A stretch of 64,000 nucleotides of DNA from Dehalococcoidia bacterium (GTDB taxonomy: Bacteria > Chloroflexota > Dehalococcoidia > Lucifugimonadales > UBA3495): positions 2,810 through 66,809 of the forward strand of contig JAKUQE010000012.1 of NCBI GenBank assembly GCA_022450395.1. Reading direction: 5' to 3'. A program made the translations under genes and the position numbers. Shown piece by piece: positions 26,382 to 36,890 of this stretch. The notes beneath the pieces are model-generated. The model worked only from the letters and a program-made list of their open reading frames with translations, was not told where the DNA came from and did not search any database. Positions within the stretch are counted from its first letter, which is position 1. Every line of letters begins with the position of its first letter.

Positions 26382-27383
26382 ATGCCTAAGAGAGCAGCGC
26401 TGTTTTATGACTATCCGGTCAAGGACGGTGAGGTCTTTGGCCAGGGTCGAAGGCAGACGATCGAGAAGCTTACCGACCTCTATCCTGAGGTCATCAACGC
26501 AAAAAACTTTGACGAGCAAGCCTCCAACCTGGCCGACGTAGAGGTTATCTTCGCTACCTGGGGAATGCCCCACTTGTCGGACGAGCAGCTTGGGAAGATG
26601 CCCAAGCTTGAAGCGGTCTTCTACGCCGCCGGCAACGTGAGGGCCTTCGCTCAATCCATAGTCGACAACGGCATCATGCTTGTCGGTGCTTGGGACATGA
26701 ACGCCATGCCGGTGGCGGAGATGGCATTGGCGCAGGTCCTTCTTTCTTGCCGAGGCTACTTCCGTACGATGCGGGATTATTACGAAACTCATGACCACGG
26801 CAAGGCCAAAGCGTTCCACCGGCCGGGCGTCAACGGCGAAACGATAGGCCTTATCGGGATGGGCATGATCGGGAAACGGTTGAGCGCTTTGCTCCAAGGC
26901 TTTAGCTTTCGCGTCATCGCGAACGACCCGTCCCTTAGTAAGGAGCAAGCGGCGGAGCTTGGTGTGGAGATTGTTTCATTGGAAGAACTCTTTCGGCGCT
27001 CCTATATCGTGAGCAACCACATACCGGACCTAACGTCCACCAAAGAGGTCCTCACCGGGTCTTTATTCGACAGCATGAGAGAGGGCGCCACCTTCATCAA
27101 CACCGGCAGGGGCGCTCAAGTGTCGGAAGCCGGCTTGATAGAAACCCTCAAGAATCGCCCGGACCTCACCGCCCTCCTCGACGTGACCTACCCGGAACCC
27201 CCCGACGCCGACTCCGAACTGTGGAAGCTGCCCAACGTTTGGATAAGCCCCCACATCGGTGGGTCCGTTGGGGACGAAGTGGTTAGGATGGCCGATTGTA
27301 TGATCGAGGAATTTCAGGCTTGGGAGACGGGTAAGCCCTTAAGGTACAGGATAACGAAAGAAGTGCTTTCGACGATGGGGTAA
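26382..27383 (+). CDS. D-isomer-specific 2-hydroxyacid dehydrogenase family, NAD-binding
   Basis: GLIGMGMIGKRL Rossmann motif, ISPHIGG catalytic His region. Confidence 0.9.
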   Translation: MPKRAALFYDYPVKDGEVFGQGRRQTIEKLTDLYPEVINAKNFDEQASNLADVEVIFATWGMPHLSDEQLGKMPKLEAVFYAAGNVRAFAQSIVDNGIMLVGAWDMNAMPVAEMALAQVLLSCRGYFRTMRDYYETHDHGKAKAFHRPGVNGETIGLIGMGMIGKRLSALLQGFSFRVIANDPSLSKEQAAELGVEIVSLEELFRRSYIVSNHIPDLTSTKEVLTGSLFDSMREGATFINTGRGAQVSEAGLIETLKNRPDLTALLDVTYPEPPDADSELWKLPNVWISPHIGGSVGDEVVRMADCMIEEFQAWETGKPLRYRITKEVLSTMG

Positions 27384-27430
27384 GAGACTGGTTGGCGCGA
27401 GGGCTATCCCAGCGACTGAGACCTGCTGAC

Positions 27431-28273
27431 TTAGATCAGCTTGGCGCACTCGTCGATGATGGGTACGACGGTGTCTCGCTCGGCCGAGGGCAACCCGAAG
27501 ATGGCCCGGTCCACCCCCGCAGCCTCCAACCTGGCTATGGCATCTGGTTCCGGACGGGCCCCGAAGATGGTGATGTTGATCGAGGCCGGGTCCCGCCCCG
27601 CCTCCTCGGCCTGCCTTCGCAGCAAGACTATCTTCTCTTGCAGGCTTGTTCCTTCGCTGGACCGGCCGCTGATCGGCATCCAGCCGTCACAGAACTCGAC
27701 AACCCGGTCGAAGGTGGTCGGCCCGTCGCCTCCCATCAATATAGGTGGATGAGGGCGTTGCACGGGTTTGGGGTAAGCCCACATCTTGTCGAAGTCTACA
27801 AACTCCCCATGGAATTCCGCCTCTTCCTGAGTCCAGATCTCCTTCATCGCCAGGATCCGTTCCCGGAGCAACCGCCAGCGGCTGCGGAACCTGGTGCCAT
27901 GATTCGCCATCTCCTCCCGGTTCCAGCCGCCTCCGATACCGAAGATGAAACGCCCGCCGGACAACCGGTCCACGCTGGCGACTTCTTTCGCCAACATGAT
28001 CGGGTCCCGCTCGATCACCAGGCAGATTCCGGTCCCCAGCTTCAGATCGGTGGTAACCGCGGCGGCGGCAGTCAGGGCCACGAAAGGATCATAGGTGTGC
28101 CAGTAGTCTTGAGGCAGGTCGTCTCCTCCCGGCCAAGGGCTGCTCCTCTCGGCCGGGATATGGGAGTGTTCCGGGACCCACATGGACTCGAACCCGCGGT
28201 CCTCCAACAAACGGGCCAGGTCGTCGGGCCGGATCGAGTAGTCGGTGGAGAACATCATCGCGCCAAAATCCAT
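27431..28273 (-). CDS. LLM-class F420-dependent oxidoreductase
   Basis: MDFGAMMFSTDYSIRPDDLARLLEDRGFESMWVPEHSHIP. SD GGAGGT before ATG 28273. Confidence 0.85.
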   Translation of the reverse strand: MDFGAMMFSTDYSIRPDDLARLLEDRGFESMWVPEHSHIPAERSSPWPGGDDLPQDYWHTYDPFVALTAAAAVTTDLKLGTGICLVIERDPIMLAKEVASVDRLSGGRFIFGIGGGWNREEMANHGTRFRSRWRLLRERILAMKEIWTQEEAEFHGEFVDFDKMWAYPKPVQRPHPPILMGGDGPTTFDRVVEFCDGWMPISGRSSEGTSLQEKIVLLRRQAEEAGRDPASINITIFGARPEPDAIARLEAAGVDRAIFGLPSAERDTVVPIIDECAKLI

Positions 28274-28643
28274 GGAAACCTCCGAAGAGTGTGAGTTGTC
28301 AGTCGTTCGGCCATTGTAGCATCGCAGACCGCCGCTTATGTACGCCGGCTTCACTTAGGAGCCAGCCGTCTACGGGTCACTTCGCGCGGCTACGGACCCG
28401 CTCGTGAGGCAAATGGCGAGAGTTGGGCGAGGTCCATTCGGGCATTCGCTTAGGCTGATCGTAGCCAAAAACTGGATGAACCCGGCTTAAAGATTCCGTT
28501 GGTGAGATTCCCCAAAACAGATGAACATCGGATAGTTTTCGTCTTTAGAGCGGTTGAATTCGAGTTGACATCGCAAGTTGTCTTTATATATCGTTATAGA
28601 ACGTTAGGCGTGAACTTGAAGGCGCGGAGAGAACCTTTGTTAT

Positions 28644-30050
28644 ATGGCTGACTACGACTATGACATGCTCGTTATCGGCTCCGGCCCGGCGGGCCAGCGG
28701 GCGGCTATTCAGGCGGCCAAGTTGGACAAGCGGGTGGCTATCGTCGAGCGAAATGAGACGGTCGGCGGGGCGGCCGTGAACGTGGGCACCATCCCCAGCA
28801 AGACGCTCCGGGAGGCGGTGCTGTACCTTTCAGGGTACCGGGAGCGGGGGTTGTATGGTGATGCCTACGTGGTTAAAAGAGATGTGCGGCTTGCGGACCT
28901 GCTCGTACGGACCGATTACGTCACCCGTCACGAGGTCGACGTTACCCTGAATCAGATATTGCGAAACCGGATAGAGCTGCTGACTGCGGAAGCCTCGTTT
29001 ATCGACCCTCATTCACTCCATCTTATCTACACCGACGGCAGAGGCCATCGTGACGTGACGGCCGACAAGATCATAATCGCCGCCGGTACGTCAGCCACCA
29101 AACCGGACAATGTTCCCATCGACGGAATACAGATTTTTACCAGCGACGACATCTTGGGTCTGGACCGTCTCCCTCGTACGCTCACCGTCGTTGGAGCTGG
29201 GGTCATCGGGTGCGAATTCGCCAGTATCTTCGCCACCCTGGGAGTCCGGGTCACGTTGATAGATAAATACCCCCGATTGTTGACCTTCGTCGACTCGGAG
29301 ATCGTGGAATCGTTGGTGTACCACATGCGGCAGAACCGCGTTATCCTCCGCCTAGGTGAGGAGGTCGAACGCATCGAGGCGGTAGACGACGGGAAAGGGG
29401 ATAGGGTACGGATCCACCTGGCCAGCGGTAAGCGGATAGTTAGCGAGAAAGCCCTCTACAGTATCGGCCGTACCGGGTCGACGAACGGCCTTAACTTGAG
29501 TGCCGCGGGACTTGAACCGGATGACCGGGGCCGCATCAGCGTCAACGACTTCTTTCAAACCGATACACCGAACATCTACGGCGCCGGTGACGTAGTTGGC
29601 TTTCCCAGTCTGGCTTCTACTTCCATGGAACAGGGCCGGATCGCGGCTTGTCATGCCTTCAGCGTTGAGACCAATCTAATGCCGGAACTCTTCCCCTACG
29701 GTATCTATACCATACCGGAAATATCCACCGTAGGATTGAACGAAGAAGAGCTGACGAAGCAGGGCGTGCCTTACGAGGTTGGCAAAGCCCAGTATCGGGA
29801 GATCGCACGCGGTCAGATCATCGGCGACCGCACTGGATTGCTCAAATTGATTTTTCATCTTGAAACACACGCGCTCCTGGGCGTGCACATCATCGGCGAA
29901 GGCGCCAGCGAGCTGGTCCACATAGGTCAAGCCGTCCTGGCCTACGGTGGCAAGGTGGACTACTTTTTAGACACAATCTTTAACTATCCTACCCTGGCTG
30001 AATGTTACAAAACAGCGGCCTTCGACGGAATCAATCGGCTTTCCGTCTGA
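28644..30050 (+). CDS. sthA: soluble pyridine nucleotide transhydrogenase-like flavoprotein
   Basis: FAD motif VIGSGPAGQRAA. GGAAVNVGTIPSKTLREA lacks the CxxxxC disulfide of lipoamide dehydrogenase, as in SthA. 468 aa. Confidence 0.8.
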   Translation: MADYDYDMLVIGSGPAGQRAAIQAAKLDKRVAIVERNETVGGAAVNVGTIPSKTLREAVLYLSGYRERGLYGDAYVVKRDVRLADLLVRTDYVTRHEVDVTLNQILRNRIELLTAEASFIDPHSLHLIYTDGRGHRDVTADKIIIAAGTSATKPDNVPIDGIQIFTSDDILGLDRLPRTLTVVGAGVIGCEFASIFATLGVRVTLIDKYPRLLTFVDSEIVESLVYHMRQNRVILRLGEEVERIEAVDDGKGDRVRIHLASGKRIVSEKALYSIGRTGSTNGLNLSAAGLEPDDRGRISVNDFFQTDTPNIYGAGDVVGFPSLASTSMEQGRIAACHAFSVETNLMPELFPYGIYTIPEISTVGLNEEELTKQGVPYEVGKAQYREIARGQIIGDRTGLLKLIFHLETHALLGVHIIGEGASELVHIGQAVLAYGGKVDYFLDTIFNYPTLAECYKTAAFDGINRLSV

Positions 30051-30234
30051 GGGTTGCCCGAGCGCCCTGATTCGGTGGCGCACTGGACCGCTAAGACACT
30101 TCCTCCAGATCGGCTTTATCCTATCTAGCATATTCCGGTCGAACCTCTCACCCACCGTTGCTGACAACCCCGTTTTGCTATTCGAACTTCTATCGGCCGC
30201 GAAGTAGGGAAATGTTGAGGTTCTGATCGGCCGG

Positions 30235-30263
30235 TTGACAACTCGTCGATCAGTCTTTATATT
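30235..30263 (+). promoter_or_regulatory. promoter TTGACA-N17-TATATT placing the TSS at or next to the arsR ATG (leaderless candidate)
   Basis: -35 at 30235-30240, -10 at 30258-30263, ATG at 30271. Confidence 0.55.
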
Positions 30264-30282
30264 TAACCAAATGGTTAAGTAT
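30259..30282. promoter_or_regulatory. inverted repeat ATATTTAACCA-aa-TGGTTAAGTAT; candidate ArsR/SmtB operator
   Basis: Core TTAACCA/TGGTTAA is perfect and the arms match 10 of 11. Overlaps the -10 and the start codon. Confidence 0.5.
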
Positions 30283-30654
30283 TTAAGCAATACCCTTGAC
30301 GCGACATTCGGCGCGCTTGCCGACCCGACCCGGCGGTCGATCCTAGAGCGCTTGATCGCTGGTGAGGCCTCGGTGACTTCCCTAGCCGAGCCCTTCGACA
30401 TGTCTCTCCCCGCCGTGTCGAAACATCTCCGGGTGCTGGAAAAGGCGGGCCTTTTGACTCAAGAGAAGGATGGCCGGGTACGCCGTTGCCGGATGGACGC
30501 CGGCCCCATGAAGGAGGCCTCCGATTGGGTTGGCCGGTATCGGATATTTTGGGAAGAGCAACTCGATTCACTGGCCGATTATATCGAGCAGATGCAAAGC
30601 GAAGAAAGGGAAAAGGAGGACAACCCAGATGACGCAGCGGGAAACGGTATCTGA
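30271..30654 (+). CDS. ArsR/SmtB-family transcriptional regulator
   Basis: wHTH LADPTRRSILERLIAGEASVTSLAEPFDMSLPAVSKHLRVLEKAGLL. Confidence 0.85.
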   Translation: MVKYLSNTLDATFGALADPTRRSILERLIAGEASVTSLAEPFDMSLPAVSKHLRVLEKAGLLTQEKDGRVRRCRMDAGPMKEASDWVGRYRIFWEEQLDSLADYIEQMQSEEREKEDNPDDAAGNGI

Positions 30655-31126
30655 GACGATTCTACAGATCAGCAGGACCTTTAACGCTCCAAGAGAGCTG
30701 GTATTTCAAGCCTGGACCCAACCGGAAAGTTTGTCCCGTTGGTGGGCCGCCGGACCCGGCTTCACCACGCCGATCGCGGAAGTTGACCTTAGGGTGGGAG
30801 GCAAATACCGGTTGGGGATGTTAGCTCCCGATCAAGACCATCCATACGTCGTTGGCGGCGTGTACAAGGAAGTGGTGCATCCCGAGAAGTTGGTCTACAC
30901 CTGGAACTGGGAGTCCCACGGACAAGGAGACGACTCTGGGTCCGAGCCGGGACCTGAATCGGCTATGGGCGGTGGGGAAACCCTGGTCACGGTGCTTTTT
31001 AAAGAAGCTGGCGATAAAACTGAGGTCGTGCTAACCCACGAATTCTTCTCCGACGCCAACATGCGCGACGAGCACAACAAAGGCTGGAACGGTTGCCTGG
31101 ATAATCTGGCCAAACTGGTGGAGTAA
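30629..31126 (+). CDS. SRPBCC (AHSA1/START-like) domain protein
   Basis: ISRTFNAPRELVFQAWTQPESLSRWW. SD AAGGAGGA before ATG 30629. The ArsR+SRPBCC pairing is common. Confidence 0.85.
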   Translation: MTQRETVSETILQISRTFNAPRELVFQAWTQPESLSRWWAAGPGFTTPIAEVDLRVGGKYRLGMLAPDQDHPYVVGGVYKEVVHPEKLVYTWNWESHGQGDDSGSEPGPESAMGGGETLVTVLFKEAGDKTEVVLTHEFFSDANMRDEHNKGWNGCLDNLAKLVE

Positions 31127-31194
31127 GCGACCAACTCTGACGGGACCCCGGCCCCCTAGACCGCGACGGGGCCGGGCCCATTTGGAGATGACCA

Positions 31195-31596
31195 ATGGTA
31201 AATACCAAGACTATTGAACAGACGGTAACCATCAAAGCCAGCCCTCACGATATATACGAGGCCCTGATGGACTCGGAAAAGCATTCCCGATTCACCGGGG
31301 CTCCGGCGAATATCAGCCGTGAGATCGGTGGCTCATTCACCGCGTATGACGGCGCTCTCTCCGGTACGACTCTGGAGTTGGTACCGGATGCCAAGATCGT
31401 CCAGTCCTGGCGCGGGTCGGATGAGGGTTGGACGCCCGGCCATTACTCAGAGGTGACCTTCACGTTTGAAGAATCCCACGGAGAAACAAAATTGAACTTT
31501 GTCCAAACCGGTGTTCCGGAGGCCAGTTACGAGGACATCTCTCAAGGTTGGCAGACCTACTACTGGCCGAAACTGAAGGCCTTTCTGGAGTTCTGA
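31195..31596 (+). CDS. SRPBCC (AHSA1-like) domain protein
   Basis: TVTIKASPHDIYEALMDSEKHSRFTG..IVQSWR. Confidence 0.8.
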   Translation: MVNTKTIEQTVTIKASPHDIYEALMDSEKHSRFTGAPANISREIGGSFTAYDGALSGTTLELVPDAKIVQSWRGSDEGWTPGHYSEVTFTFEESHGETKLNFVQTGVPEASYEDISQGWQTYYWPKLKAFLEF

Positions 31597-31640
31597 CTCC
31601 GGAAACTCGCACGCCATCCAACGCTCTGTAACGGATCAAA

Positions 31641-31676
31641 CCTCCTGCCGCCGGCATCCAAGCCGACGGCAGGAGG
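31641..31676. terminator. 10-bp hairpin CCTCCTGCCG...CGGCAGGAGG between convergent genes
   Basis: Perfect inverted repeat read directly. No strong T tract. Confidence 0.45.
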
Positions 31677-31695
31677 TCATGATTTAATCCCTCGT

Positions 31696-32697
31696 TTAAC
31701 TGGGCTTTCGGGCGGTTACTATGCTGCTTCCACTGGAAGTCACCACCCGCCCAACATCCACATATCCTGCCTCGGTTAGCCATTCCCGGTATTCTCCCTC
31801 GGTATAGGACTGCCCACCGTCGTAGACATTTAGAAAATTCAGGCTGGATGCCACGGCCTCTGGGGGTGAAAGCCGCGATTCGTCTAGAACCGCGCCCAGG
31901 ATGTAAACCGTGCCGCCCGGTTCGGTAACTCGATGGATATTCGCCAACGCCCGGCGAGCCTGGTCAGGGTTAAGGACTTGAATGAAGCTCTTCATGATGA
32001 CGGCGTCATAAGAGCCGTCCAAGGTCCCCTCTACGAGATCGGCGGTCACCACTTGGACCCGCTCTGAGAAACCGGCCTCCCTGACGGAGCGTTGTGTGAT
32101 CGGCGTCATCGCCGGAAGGTCCGCTATCGTCGCGCAGATATGGGGGTGAGCTTCCACCGCGGCGAAGGACATGGCGCCGGTGCCGCCGCCAACGTCCACC
32201 AAGTTGCGATGCTTAGAGAAGTCGTACCTGGCCACCAAGTCCCGCCCCGCGTTAAGCGTTTCTTGATGCATGCCCCTGGCAAATACTTCAAGTTCATCTT
32301 CGCCGATGTCGGAGAAGTCGAGCTTGGCTTGAGCCTTGCCCTCCAGTATCGACTCGGACGTGTGGAGGACTGACTTCCACCGGCGGGCCATGTTGGCGTG
32401 GCGATGACCGATGTATTCAGGCCTTCCTGACACCAGGAAATGGGCCGATTCCGGCGTGTTGGCGAACCAGTCTCCATCCACGGTCAGCAGATCAGCCGCC
32501 ACCAACGCATAGAGCAGCGGCTTCAGTTTGGCGGAGCCAACGCCGATGGCCTGGGCGATCTCTTCAGCGGTCATTGGTCCGTGTTCCAGGGGGGTGAACA
32601 GGTCCAGTTGCATCCCCGCCAGCATCGCCAGGGCGGGATAAGCGCCGTCGGCGATGCGGTTAATCGTCTCGGGGCCGGCATTCATGGTGGTGGACAT
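31696..32697 (-). CDS. class I SAM-dependent O-methyltransferase (Methyltransf_2-type with N-terminal dimerisation/wHTH domain)
   Basis: LVDVGGGTGAMSFA SAM motif. N-terminal LDLFTPL..MTAEEIAQAIG. SD AAGGAG before ATG 32697. Confidence 0.85.
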   Translation of the reverse strand: MSTTMNAGPETINRIADGAYPALAMLAGMQLDLFTPLEHGPMTAEEIAQAIGVGSAKLKPLLYALVAADLLTVDGDWFANTPESAHFLVSGRPEYIGHRHANMARRWKSVLHTSESILEGKAQAKLDFSDIGEDELEVFARGMHQETLNAGRDLVARYDFSKHRNLVDVGGGTGAMSFAAVEAHPHICATIADLPAMTPITQRSVREAGFSERVQVVTADLVEGTLDGSYDAVIMKSFIQVLNPDQARRALANIHRVTEPGGTVYILGAVLDESRLSPPEAVASSLNFLNVYDGGQSYTEGEYREWLTEAGYVDVGRVVTSSGSSIVTARKPS

Positions 32698-32756
32698 AGT
32701 TATCTCCTTAAGTTCTCTTTTATCGCGAATAGACCTGTTGGCGCCGAGCCCGGGTT

Positions 32757-33011
32757 CTAGCCGCAGCAACTAGGGGGGAAGTAGTAGTCCGGGACGTCTT
32801 CTAAGTTCGTATAGCTATCTGCTGGCCCGAAGACCCGGTCGACGAAACGCGAGATGAGCGTTGCCACCGCAAACAACAGCCCGTCGGCCAATATGGGAAT
32901 CTCGATGGTGTCGACGGCTGCTACTACTTCGTCAGCGTCTGGTTGTCCGGTGATCTGCTGGTTCGCGATTGCCGGGATTCCGTTGAAGGTGTTGACGGTT
33001 AATGTTGTCAT
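32757..33011 (-). CDS. small hypothetical protein (84 aa) ending ..DYYFPPSCCG
   Basis: SD GAGGAG 7 nt before the ATG. One hydrophobic helix. C-terminal Cys-Cys-Gly. 59 nt upstream of the methyltransferase on the same strand. Confidence 0.55.
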   Translation of the reverse strand: MTTLTVNTFNGIPAIANQQITGQPDADEVVAAVDTIEIPILADGLLFAVATLISRFVDRVFGPADSYTNLEDVPDYYFPPSCCG

Positions 33012-33260
33012 TTTCTCGTCTCCTCGATTTGGTTAACTTGCTTGTTCAGCATGTTAGATGGTGAGGCGAGGACCCACATCGTAAGGAGTTCCCAACTTAA
33101 AAATGTGGAAAAAGCGGGGATTGAGGAGTCGCATGGGAACAACTAACGAGGCGTCAAGAAAAACCGGAGTGGGGGCATGGGAACAATGTCCCATTTCACT
33201 AGGGAGTGGGGAGGCTGGGACTGCTGAGATGATGGACGCTGATGGGACTGGGGCCGGTAT

Positions 33261-36227
33261 CTACCAGGACACCAGGCCTTGCCGGGCCGCATAGGCCGCC
33301 GCTTCCGTGCGGTTGGCGGCGCCGGTCTTGGTGAGGATGCTGGTGACGTGGTGGGCCACGGTGCGGAGGCTGATGACCAGTTCTTCGGCGACCTCCCGGT
33401 TGTTCCTACCCAGTGCCAGGAGCCGCAGGACCTCCACCTCCCGTTGGGTCAGCCCGTCGGGGTAGGTGGGCCGGTGCCGCCGGTTGTGTCTCCATTGCTT
33501 CCCGGTGAAGGGCCGCCCGCTCCATCAAAGGCCGCATACCCAGTTCGGCAGAGATAGCCAACGACTCGTCCAGCAGAGCGGACGCCCTCTCGCGGTCACC
33601 GGGACCGGCTCGTTGACATAAGGCGTCGGCATAGTCGCAGCAGGTCCAGGCCAGTTCGGCGCGGTAGTCTGTTTTGCGGCAGCGGGCCAGAGCTTCCTCA
33701 AAATGCCCGGCGGCCAGGTCCAGCTTGCCCATGGTTTGGGCCATGAGTCCCAACCGGCGTTGCACGCTGGAAATGTCCAATGGCAGCAAAAATGTGTCTC
33801 TCACCGGTTCGAGGGCCGCGTATTGTTCCGCCGCGGCGTCAACATCCCCTCGCTGCACGGCCATCATCCCTAAGCCTACCCTGGCGGCTAAGGTGAAACG
33901 GGGGATGTCGAAAGAGGACGAAAGAATAATACCGGCGGCGGCTTCAGCGGCCTCGAAGCGGTCCGTGACGCCGGTGATCCGGGACACTGACGAGATTACC
34001 AACGCTGCAACGGCGAATGGCTGAGGAGTCTCGATGGCGCTTTGTTTCATTGCCTGAATCAGTGTGTCCAGGTAAGTTGATCCCTGCTCGAAGTTGCCAG
34101 TCTCAAATTCCAACTGGGCCCGGCACGCCAGGAGCTGCGGGAACGCTTGACCAACTTCCAAGCCGCGATCACTAAGCGCGCGAGCGGCAGTCCAATCGCC
34201 TCGGCGGTAGGCGGATATTACATTGGCATAGAAAGCCCTTGCCCGCTGCCTCCGAGGAACACGCTCAACTGAGACCAACATGGCCTCTGCATGCCGCCTT
34301 GCGCCATCAAAGTCACCCATGGCCCTAAGAGATTCAAAGGCGGAAAGCCTCGCCCAGTTATCGGCTTCAGGATTTTCTCCTTGGGTTAACAGAGAGATGG
34401 CTTGCAGGCTTTTCTCCAGGCTCTCCTCCCAGTGAATTACGTCCGACTCCACATGGGAAGCCATACTCAAAGTTTGCGCTTCCAGAGCCGTGTCACCCTC
34501 AAGCCGGGCGATGGCAATGGCCCGGTCGAAGGATTCAACAGCGCCGGTGTAGTCGGCCGTTTCGTGATATATATCAAAGGCGTAATAGCACAGAAGCTGT
34601 CCTGCCGATATGGAGTCCTCAGGCACAAGACTTAAGGCACGGGCGCGGACTTGGTGTTGCAATCCTCCGCTAAGTGCCAAGCCGGAAAAGTGTTGGTGCG
34701 TGGCGATGGCCACCGCCTGCTCCACATTCCCCACATCAATATAAAAATCGAAGGCGCTCTTCATGCTGGAATACGCCTCGTTTCTGGTCTGGTTGTCTAG
34801 CATCACCGTCTGGGAGCGGCCTAGCCCGAACAGGAGCGCCGCTGATTCGTGATCCATCGCCTGGCCCTGCTTAGCGTCCAAAGCCCGCTGGAATAAAGAC
34901 GAAGCTTCCTCCCAGGCGTAGGCGGCCAGAGCCTGCTCGCCGGCGGCAAGGGAATAGCGCACCAGTTTTTCGGCCCCGAGCACCGGCTCGGCCTCAGCGA
35001 AGTGGTAGGCCAGCTCGGCGGCGTGGGTTTCAACTTCGGCCGTATAAAGCTGTTCCAAGGCTTCGCCGATCCTGGCGTGCAGCCGCACCTGACGGGCGGC
35101 GGATAACTCGCTGACCAATGTTTCTTGGATCAGGGCATGTTGAAATTGGAATCGCCCCGCGCCCATGCGGACCTCTTCAAGAACCCCCGCATTCAGAGCT
35201 TCATCCAGCATCTCCAACAGTTGCTCTTCGCTGAAGTCGCTGCTCAATACCTCAAGGAGAGCGAGATCGAACTGTCTGCCAACCACCGCGGCAGTCGTAA
35301 GTACACGGTTGCACTCGCTGGACAACCGGTTCAGCCGCCTGCCTATCGCATCCCGGATGCCCTCGGGAACCGTTGCGGCCCAGCCCCGGTCCGTGGTGAC
35401 GTCTCCCTGGCTGAGTAACCGTACAATTTCGTTAACGAACAGCGGGTTTCCCTCGGTGCGCCGGTGCACCAAGTCCAAAGCGTTATCGGGTAGAGCAACT
35501 CCGGCGCTGAGCTCGGCAAATTCGCTCACCTCCTGCTGCGTCAAGCCGCCAAGCTGGATCCGGCGGAACAGTTGCTCGCGCATGAGGCTGCCCAACGTCT
35601 GCGACAATGGGTGCTGCCGCGACACCTCTACGTCACGGTAAGTACCCACCAGCAGCAGGTTGCTAGCCGCCATGCCCCGAGCCAGGAATTCCAGTAAAAG
35701 CAGAGAGGCGTGGTCGCCCCAATGCAAGTCGTCCAGGACGAGTACCAGCGGTTGGGTCTGCGATGCATTTTTCAAGAAGTTGGTGACCGAGTCGAAGAGA
35801 CGGAATCGGGCCGGCTCCGGCTCCAACTGAGTCGAGTCTGTAAGATCGGGCAGCTTTTCCCGCAAGCTGGGAAGCATTTCAGCGATGTGGGACGCGCCGG
35901 GTTCCATCGCCGAACTTAGCTGGTCAGGGTCTTGTTCGTTGATGAAAGAGCCGATGGACTGGATCCAGGGCCAGTAGGGGGGCGCTCCCTCTTCTTCGTA
36001 GCACCGGCCCCAAAGGACTCGGGCGCCTTGGGACTCGGCGTAGGAAGTCAACTCCTGGGCTGTCCGGGTTTTGCCGATGCCCGGCTCGCCCACCAGCATC
36101 ACCATTGCCCGCGCCCGGCCAGGGATTCTTCCAGCGCCGACCTGAGCTCGGCCAACTCTTTCTGGCGGCCAACGAAGACGCCGCCGGAAGATGCCTGGTG
36201 GCTCGATTGAGACGAAGGTTGTGACAT
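33261..36227 (-). pseudogene. LuxR-family large ATP-binding (LAL/MalT-like) regulator carrying two frameshifts
   Basis: N-terminal MSQPSS..FVGRQKELAELRSALEESLAGRGQ (36227-36102) is one frame off from the body (MVMLVGEPGIGKTR.., 36105-33406). The C-terminal Lux[70 protein letters not shown] (to 33261) is in a third frame. Confidence 0.8.
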
Positions 36228-36332
36228 GGGGCCAGTATAGTTGGAATGGCTAGAGGGTTCCAGTGCCGGTGTATACCGGACCTCGTACCAACGGCCGTGT
36301 CTGCTTAGATCTGATTCGGAATATAATTTGTC

Positions 36333-36830
36333 TTGGAAATTAAGAGTGAGTTAAGAAGGAATAGAGTGGATTGGGAAGAATTCAGACGCGCCGATCCAGA
36401 ATTAGCGGCCTTGGGCGAAGATCGCATGGGGGCAACCGGGTTGGTGCTATTGGGTACCCTGAGAAAAAACGGTTTCCCGCGCATCTCGCCGGTGGAACCG
36501 ATCTTGACTATGGGGCGCCTCTACCTGGGGATGATGTGGCAGTCGCGCAAGGCGCTGGACCTGCGGCGCAACCCCCGGTGCACCGTGCACAGCACGGTTT
36601 CGGACCGGCACGGCAGCGAGGGAGAGTTCAAGCTGTATGGACGTGGTCTGGAGATCGGGGATCTGGAGGAGCGGCGGCTCTACGGTGAGGCGCTTCATGA
36701 GAAGATCGGATTCAAGCCGGAAGAGCCGGAGTTCCACCTGTTCGCAGTGGACATCGAGAGCGCGGCTTACGCCGTGATCAGAGACGGGGAGTGGTTTCGT
36801 AGGATCTGGAATGCCGCCGGCCGCGGCTGA
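36333..36830 (+). CDS. pyridoxamine 5'-phosphate oxidase-like split-barrel flavoprotein
   Basis: ..LLGTLRKNGFPRISPVEPIL..GRLYLGMMWQSRKALDLRRNPRCTVHS... Non-ATG start, uncertain. Confidence 0.6.
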   Translation: MEIKSELRRNRVDWEEFRRADPELAALGEDRMGATGLVLLGTLRKNGFPRISPVEPILTMGRLYLGMMWQSRKALDLRRNPRCTVHSTVSDRHGSEGEFKLYGRGLEIGDLEERRLYGEALHEKIGFKPEEPEFHLFAVDIESAAYAVIRDGEWFRRIWNAAGRG

Positions 36831-36890
36831 AGAAGTGGGCAGATCGGCGAGTGATGTTAGGTTGAAGGAGCAGCCGGACCGGTAAATGGA

